Assembly (NCBI GenBank): GCA_965279035.1
Contig: OZ257142.1
Coordinates: 1,801,239-1,865,238 of the forward strand
Direction: 5' to 3'
Source of the DNA: Bacteroidia bacterium
Lineage (GTDB): Bacteria > Bacteroidota > Bacteroidia > M30B66
Length of the DNA stretch: 64,000 nucleotides
The position numbers and the translations under genes are program-made. Below, piece after piece: positions 52,001 to 61,000 of the stretch (its first letter is position 1; every line of letters starts with the position of its first letter). Below the pieces are notes generated by a model that saw only the letters and a list, made by a program, of their open reading frames with translations, ran no database searches and was not told the origin of the DNA.

Positions 52001-55000
52001 CAGATACTGGCCATGTACAGTTTCGGGATACAATGCAACTTATACATTAGGAAGTTCGACCTTTACTTATGTACCAGGCGATATCGTAGTTGGTCCTGAG
52101 TCTTCATTTAAAGGAGATGTTTATAATTCTACAACATCACTTTGGACTGAGTTAGCATCGTCATCTGCCGTTTCTAGCGTCTTAACTATTGCATCCGGTT
52201 TGAATGGTACTGTAATGCCTACTGGTGGTTCTTCTGCAACGTATGATATTGCACCTAGAGTAGATGTACCAACGTATTATCAAACAGTAGCTTCTGGCAA
52301 CTGGACTACTTTAGGTACTTGGGAAATTTCAACAGATCCTGCCTTTGTTTCTCCTGCTGGTTCACCTGCGGTAAGTGTTCCAACCAACTTGAACAGTGCT
52401 GGAATTTTCATTCGAAATGGACATACAGTAACTGTCAACACTAGTTTATCCGGTGATGATGTTACCATTTATTCTGGTGGTACTTTACAATTAACTGGAA
52501 ATACATTCACATTGGCTAATGGATCAGCAGCAACCGATTTAACTGTTAATTCAGGAGGAACCTTGCTTTGTGCTTCTGCAACGAATAACTCACTTGTTGT
52601 TGCTTCAGGTGCAAGTATGCAAGTGAATGGATTATTTATGCAAGCTGGCTCTGCTAGTCCTGATTTGACAAACAGTGGAACCATCACCATTGGAGCTACT
52701 GGAACGTATGAGCATGCTCGAAATGCGGGTATCATTCCAACTTGTACTTGGACTGCAGGTAGTCTCTGTTTATTATCAGCCGTAACGAATAATGTTCCTT
52801 CTGGTTTAGCTCAAAGTTTCCATCACTTCACTGTTAATACAACATTAACAGCAAGCGTAAGCACATCTGGAAATCTTCAAACAATTTTGGGTGATTTTAA
52901 TTTGACTACTAATCACGCATCATTTGCCTTTAGCCTTTCTGCTGGTACATCCTATAGTTTGAATGTTTCCGGTGATATGACTATTAACAACGGAATTTTA
53001 GATTGTGCGAATAGTGGAGCTGGACCAAATTCAGTTACAGTTACTGGTACAACAACAATGACTGGTGCCAATTCTCAAATAACTAAGAAAGGTCCAGCAG
53101 CAATGACATGGAATTTCAATGGGAATTATACTCAAAACTCAGGAACATTGGAATTCAATGCGGGTGGTTCAAGTAACACAACTGTTAACTTTAGAGGGGA
53201 TGTTGTGATGAACGGGCCTGTTCAAAGAACAAATGGTGGTACACATTTGATGAATTTCTTAAAGGCAAGCGGTGTTCAGACCTTAAGTCAAGGAACTCCA
53301 ATTACTACAGCTCAGGCAATTGTTTGGGCAGTAGGAAATGGAACTACAACCAATACAGTTCAAATGCTTACGGATGTGAACGTTGGAACTTCTGGATCAA
53401 CAACCTTTACTGTTAATAATGCGGCCACATTAGATTTTCAAGACAAAACTTTATATGGTACTAATGCACCATTTTCTATGGGGGCAACTGCAACCTTAAA
53501 AATGGGTTCTCAATATGGAATAACCACTGCAGCAGTAGGGGCTACTTCTGGTAATTTGCAAACTCAAGTAGCTGGAAGGGTTGTTCAAGCGACTGGAACT
53601 TTTATCTATAGTGGTACTGTCAATCAGGTTACTGGAAATTTATTGCCTTCAACATTAACTGGAACTGGTAAATTAACTATTTCAAATACTGGAACAATTG
53701 GAAATAATACAGTTACCTTAACTACAACTCCTACAACTACACCAACCTTTAATCTTGTTTCTGGGTTATTTGCTGCAGGTGTAGGTCAGACATTAAATAT
53801 TACAAGTGGCGGAACTGTAAATGCTACAGGTGGTGATTTTGTTACAGGAAGTACAGCAGGTTTTATTAACTTCCCAGGAACTGGCACATGGACAGGTTCA
53901 TGTAATCCGTATAATGTAAATATTAGTGGTGGAGTTAATTTTGGAGCAGGAACTGTAACCATTCAAAATAGTGGTACACTAAAAATAAATGCTGGTGGTT
54001 TTGTGTCTACAAACGCACCTTTTTATAATGCTAATTCAAATTTACAATACAATGTAACTTCAGGAACTACTTATGGTAGAGGTTTGGAATGGTATCAATC
54101 CGCAGGCAGAGGTTATCCTGGAAATGTTAGAATTAGTAATAATAATACATTAGATCCAGCCAATGGTGGTGGAAATATTAATGGATCTGCCGCTGTAAAT
54201 ACTGTATTAAATTGTGCGGGTAGTCTTACAATTGATGCAGGTTCAAGCATGTACATGGACTTTGGCGGAAATAATATGCAGGTGAATTTGAATATACTTG
54301 GTTCACTAAACATATCGGGCAATCTTTCTTCTTCAGGAACCGCAGGAAAGGATATATATGTTGGGAGAGATTGGAATTATAATACAGGAGCCTCGTATAA
54401 TGCAAATACACGTGCCGTTTTCTTAAATGGATCAGTTAACCAGAATGTAGGAGGAACAGCCTCAACTACTTTCCCATATTTAGTATTAAATAACAGCGCA
54501 GGTGCAACACTTACTATTTCTCAAACAGTAAGCAATACACTAACACTTACAAATGGTAAACTAACTCTTGGGAATTTCGATTTAAATAGCAATGGAACTA
54601 TCAGTGGTGCATCAACTTCTAATTATGTTGTAACCAATGGAACTGGTCGTTTGAAACAGACCGTTGCAGCTAGTAACGTTGCTTTCCCTGTTGGAAATTC
54701 AACATACAATCCTATAACGTTGAATAATACCGGTACATCGGATGTATATGGTGTAATAGCTAAAGATGGAGCTGCAGGTAGTGAATCAGATAATACCAAA
54801 ATTGTTCTCAGAAATTGGGATATAAATGAAGCATCTGCCGGAGGAAGTAATTTAGCAATAACTACTCAGTGGAATGCTCCAGTTGCACAAACTGGACAAG
54901 AAGCAAGCAATTTTGTAAGAGCGGATGCAAGTCGTTGGATTGGAAATTATACTGGTGGAGTATGGACTCAGAATGCTTCATCTTTAGCAGGTAGTGATCC

Positions 55001-58000
55001 ATATACGTATACGGCATCTGGTTTTACCAGCTTAGGTATTTTTGAACCGGGAATTCAAAATGCATTTTTACCAATTCCTATCATAACAGGCTATTCACCT
55101 ACATCTGCTTATACTGGTGAAGTGATAACCATTACAGGTTCTAACTTAAATACATTAACCTCCGTAACGATAGGTGGTACAACTGCTGTTCTTACTACAC
55201 CAGCACCAACATCATCAACTGCTTATTATATTGTTGGTAGCGGAACATCAGGGAATGTTGTAGCAACGAATGCTTTTGGCTCTTTTACAGCTTCAACACC
55301 ATTTACTTACTTAGGATATATTACCAATAACCCAAGCGACTGGAATACTGGTTCTACATGGTTAGGTGGAAATGTTCCAATTGCGAATGCAACTACAACT
55401 GTAAATCACGCGATTACGATTAATGCAGCTGTTGTTAATTCTCCAAATTCGATTACGATCAACTCTACAAAATCAATCACTTTTGGTGCTAGTGGAGGAG
55501 TAACTGTTAATAATACACTCACTAACGGTGGTACAATCGATATGACCTCAGGAGGTGTTCTTACCATGGCTTCTGGTTCAACATTCGCCAATGGTTCTTC
55601 AACCTTTACTGGTGGAACAGGAACCGTTGTATTTGCTGGAACAGGAACTGTTACGAGCGCAAGTGGAGTTCCATTTAATAATGTAACGTTGAATGGTTCT
55701 GTCAATCCAAGTGCTGGTAGTTCAATTGCCGGAACACTTCGAGTTAATCAAAGTGGTTCTATCAATACCAATGCGTTAAGTTATGGTGCTGCATCTACCT
55801 TATTATATAATGGAACTTCAGCTCAAACACCAAATGCATTAGAGTTCCCATCTTCAAGCGGTCCTGTTAATTTCACAGCAAACAATCCAAGCAATGTGTA
55901 TCTGCCTTTTAGCAGAACAATTTCCGGTGATTTTAGAATATTGACTGGTACAGTTAGCAACCTGAGTGGTTCGGCCGTTACTTTAACAATGAGCGGTTCG
56001 AATGCAACTCTTGAAGTTACAGGTACTCTTCAAGGTACTGATGTTGGAGCTGGTAACGACATAAATCTAATCGTAAGTGGTGCTCTTACCTCCATTACTG
56101 GTAGCAACGTTACAACCTTGAAAGTCCTCAATGCAACCGTAAATAGTGGTTCAACCTTAGCACTTGCTCGAAGCAATGTAGAGGTTCGCTACGGAGCATT
56201 CAACATCAATGGTACTGGTACACTTCGTATTGATGCCAATGGAAATGTTGCTGCATTTGATGCAAATAGTCGTGTTCCAATTTATGCTTCTACAGCAAAC
56301 TTGGTTTACAATAGCGGTGGATCTTATGGTCGTTATGTAGAATGGTCAACATTGAGCGGTCCTGCCGGATATCCTGGAAATGTGATAATCCAAAATGGTA
56401 CAACGCTGAATATTGGAACACCTTCGACCGATCTTGGAATCTATAGCAACTTGAGCTTAGGTCAAACTGGATCTGCTGGTTCATTAAACATGCAATCAAC
56501 ACCACAAGGAATTACTGTTGGTGGAGATGTAACAATTGGTAGCAATACTGGAACAAGTACTTTAACATTATCTACGAATGCATCAAGTCCGGCTCTACGT
56601 TTATCAGGAAACTGGAATAGAACTTCGAATGGTGCTTTTGTAGGAACTGGTTCTAATGGACGAGGTGTTTTCTTCGAAGGTGGAAATGCTCAAACGATCA
56701 CTGCACCATCTACAGAAACATTTGAGTATTTATTGATCAATAAAACTTCAGGAACTAATGTAACATTGAACAGTCCAGTAGTTGTGAATGCAACACTAAC
56801 ATTTACTTCTGGAACAGTAACATTAGGAAGTAATGATTTAACAGCAGCAACTCAAACAGGAGGAAATGTTACTTCGTATGCAATCACCAATGGTGCAGGT
56901 AAATTGAAACTGAATGTTAACAATACCAATATTTTCTTCCCTATTGGACCGAATTCAACTACGTATGCTCCAGCTACATTGAATCAGGCTTCAACAGCGG
57001 AAGTGATAGGAGTAAGTGTTGCAAATGCACCTTCATACACACCTGCAGTAAACGATAACACTCAAATGGTAACCTTAGAGTGGAAAATGAATGAGTCGGT
57101 TGCTGGATCGAATTCTTTGATGACTCAATTCCAGTGGGCATCTTCTTCCGAAGCAGGTAGCTTTATTCGTGCAAATGGTGTTTTCCATGGTACATGGAAT
57201 GGCACTACTTACACAGTTCGTCCAGCAAGTGCTACAACAGGATCGAATCCTTACATTTCTACTTCAACTGTAAACTATACATCAACACTTAGCAATCAAA
57301 ACTTTGTGGTTGGAAACATCAGTGGAATCATTGGTTGTTTCTCTACTGTTGCAAATGGAATTTGGAATGATGCAAATACTTGGTCAAGTGGAGTAATACC
57401 TCCAGGTGGCTCAAGTGTATGTATCAATAATACCATTACAGTTGGTCCGTCCGATCCAGATGTTACTGCTTTAGGAGTTACCATTAATGCTTCTGGTTCA
57501 ATTAACTTGGATGTTGCAAGAACATTGACCATTTTAACTACTGGTGCTTTAGTAAACAACTCCGGTTCAAATCAGAATTTTGGTTTAGGTAGTGTATATG
57601 CAAATGGAGTTTTATCTATTGCTGGAGCAAATGTTTTCCTTCTTCCTAATTTAACATTAAACGGAAATACTACAGTAACAACATCTCCAACGATTTTATC
57701 AAACCTAACCTTGAATTCAGGTGCATTCTTAACAGCATCACCTACTTACGGTTCTAACGCAACCTTGATTTATAATACAGGTGGAAGTTACACTGTGAGC
57801 AATGAGTGGACTGGTAATTCGGCTACTCCGGGATTAGGTATACCTAAAAACGTAACGCTTACAGGAACTACCTTGAACATGCCTACTAGCGATAGAGGAA
57901 TTGGAGGAAACCTTAGCATTAGCAGCGGTACGGTGAATATGAATGGTACTTCGGGCGATTTATATGTTGGTGGAAATTGGACGCGTGCTTCATTTGCTAC

Positions 58001-61000
58001 GTTCAATCCAAATGGTCGTGCTGTGTTCTTTAACGGTTCTACCAACCAAACCATTTCAGTTACTTCAAGCGGTACTGAAACATTCTCTTACTTATTAGTA
58101 GCTAAATCGGGAGGTAACTTGATTTTAGATAATACGAATCCGACGAATGTTACAGTAAGTGCTTCTTCAGGAAATGTGTTACAACTCAACTCCGGAACTA
58201 CCATTGATTTAAATGGTAACACCATGTCACTCACTGGTACATCTGGAAATGTGAGCCTGCTTGGTGGAGCAAATTCAGTTATAGGTTCGGCTAATTCTGT
58301 ATTCGCAATTTCAGGAGGTTTGAAAACTATTGTACCTTCAGGTGGAGCTACACTTAGCTTTGGATCGAATGTGAAAGTTGCTTTAAGTAATGGAATCAAT
58401 TTCGGTTCATCCACATCAACCATAAACGGAACATTACAAATTGCTTTAGGTGGATACGTTAGTGGAAATGCACCTACTTATGCAAGTGGTTCAACTCTAC
58501 GTTATTTCTCTGGTAGCACTTATGGCCGCGGTTTAGAATGGAGCACGAATTCAGGACCAGGTTATCCATACCATGTGACTGTTGATCAAAATGGAACAGT
58601 TACAACAGCCGACTTAAGTACAGGATCTGCTACTTGTCAACTAGCTGGAGACCTCACCTTGAATAATGGAGGAAATATGACAATGGGAGCAATGACGAGT
58701 CCATTGATCATTCTTGGTAATGCTGTTATAGGAGGAGCTTCAAGTGGAACATTAACATTAAGTTCTGCTGCTGGTGGAGATGTTCGTATTGCTGGTGATT
58801 TAACCCGCAATGCAGGAGGAACGCTCACTCAAAACGGAAGAGAAGTTGAAATGAACGGTACAACTGTTCAAAATATCAACGGAGTAACCAGCTTTGCATA
58901 TCTAGCAATCAACAATTCAGGTGCTTCTGTTAAGTTAAATGCAAACTCTACCATTAGTAATCGTTTGCGTTTAACGAATGGTTCATTCGATTTAAATGGA
59001 CAAACTTGCACTATGGCGAATGGTTCTAAAATCCTACGGATTAATGGAACGATGACAGCTTCTCCAAGTGTTGCCCCTGGCGATTTGTATGATTTGGAAT
59101 ATCAAGCAAGTGTGGCAAGTAGTTTCGAGTTTATTTCAGCCAATGATGCTGTTCGCGATTTGATCATCACTACAGGTAATACATTAACACTAGGTGCTAG
59201 TCGCACATTCAACCGAGATTTAACATTGAGCGGTGGTGATTTGAATTTGGCAACTTATACACTTACTGCTAGAGGAAATGCTGTGGCACCTTCATTCTCT
59301 GGTAGCATTACAGTAAGCGGTGGTGGTACACGAACTATTACTGGTGCTGCAGGTTCTGGTTTTGATTTCACTGGATTTGGTGCAAATAACCCAACCAAAT
59401 ACACTAAAACAGTATCAACGTTTGGAGGAACACTTCTTAATTTTGATTCGAATGTATTGGTACGCATTGGAGATGGTTCAGTTGACTTTGGATCAGGAAG
59501 TCCAACTACCATTAACGGAGTCCTTCAAGTATTGCTTGGTGGTTCTGTAGGACAAATTTTGAATCCATGTTATTACGGATCAAACTCGATTTTGAGATTT
59601 GCTAATACAGTAGATTATCAAGTTGGAGTAAATGATAAAACTTGGGCAAGTGGTTCTATTTCTTCAGGTAATCCTGGTATTCCATACAATGTGGAGGTAA
59701 ACGATAACGGAACTGATCTTCAGTTACAGGATACACGTGCATTGAGAAATAATCTAGCAATCACCGATGGTACATTTACTTTAACTCCAGCATACACCAG
59801 TACGTTCAATATTGGTGGTAACTGGACACGTTCGGGTGCTACTAGCGCATTTAATCATAACAGCAAAAAAGTGGTATTTGACAAACAAGCCGCTGGTAAT
59901 CAAACAATCACTGTTAGCTCAGGAGTTACTGCCGAAACATTCTACGACCTAGAAGTTTCTCCTGTAACTGGTAATTTGCAAGCTGGATCTTCATCCGCCT
60001 TGAATGTGTTGAATACGCTCAATTTCGTAAGTGGTAAATTGGATATTGGAGCAAATCGCTTAACAATTGGAACCGCATCAGCAAACGGTAGCATAACAAA
60101 TGCAAGCAGTTCGATGTATGTCATTTCGAATGCAACTGCGGGTGGTGGTAATATTCGCCGCTACACAAATACAAACGCAACATTCGACTTCCCAGTAGGT
60201 GATGCTGGTGGATATAATCCGGTTTCTTTAACATTGAGCAATGGTGGACAAGCTGGTGCTTACATTACTACTACAGTAGTTTCAGGAATGCATCCAAATA
60301 TGACGGCTCCTGCACCAACGATTTACATTGCACGTTACTGGTCAGTAGAACCAACTGGATTAGCTACGAGTCCTGTTTACGACATCAACTATACTTACAT
60401 TACTGGTGATGAAGTAGGCGTAGGAACCATGTACCCTGTTAAATACAGTACAGCAACAGCAACTCCAGGATGGCAAAGTTGTCCAGGCTCTTTAGCTGCT
60501 GCCGTTACAGGAACTGCAGGTGGTAATAACGTTCCAACAAAAACGTTCTCATGGACTGGTTTAACAACCTTCTCCGATTTCTCTGGAGCTGGTGATGGTT
60601 CACCTCTTCCAATTGAATTGTTAAACTTTACTGCTACTCCAAAAGGCGAAGTTGTGGTGTTAGATTGGTCAACTGCTTCAGAGATTAACAATGATTACTT
60701 CACGTTAGAACGTTCTGATGATCTTGTTAAAATTGAATCAGTTGGTAAAGTAGCTGGAGCTGGAAACAGCACGAATATTCTCAATTACACGTATTCTGAT
60801 AAAATGCCTTTGAGTGGAGTAAGCTATTACAGATTACGCCAAACCGATTTTAACGGAAGTACTGAAGTGAGTGATTGGGTTCCAGTTACATTTAACAAAG
60901 GCAATACGGCTTTAGATTTTGGTTTCTTCTTAACTAATCGTGGTGAGAACTTCCTTCAATTTGGAATTGCCAATACAGCACCTATCACTTCATTAGAAGT

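Noticed and set aside
40401-60691. About 25 minus-strand ORFs of 60-217 aa, Pro/Val-rich, lying inside the giant plus-strand gene
   Set aside because: They are antisense reading-frame artefacts of the highly repetitive, stop-poor GGT/ACT/GCA-rich coding sequence. The sense frame is continuous for 21 kb and has recognisable domains.
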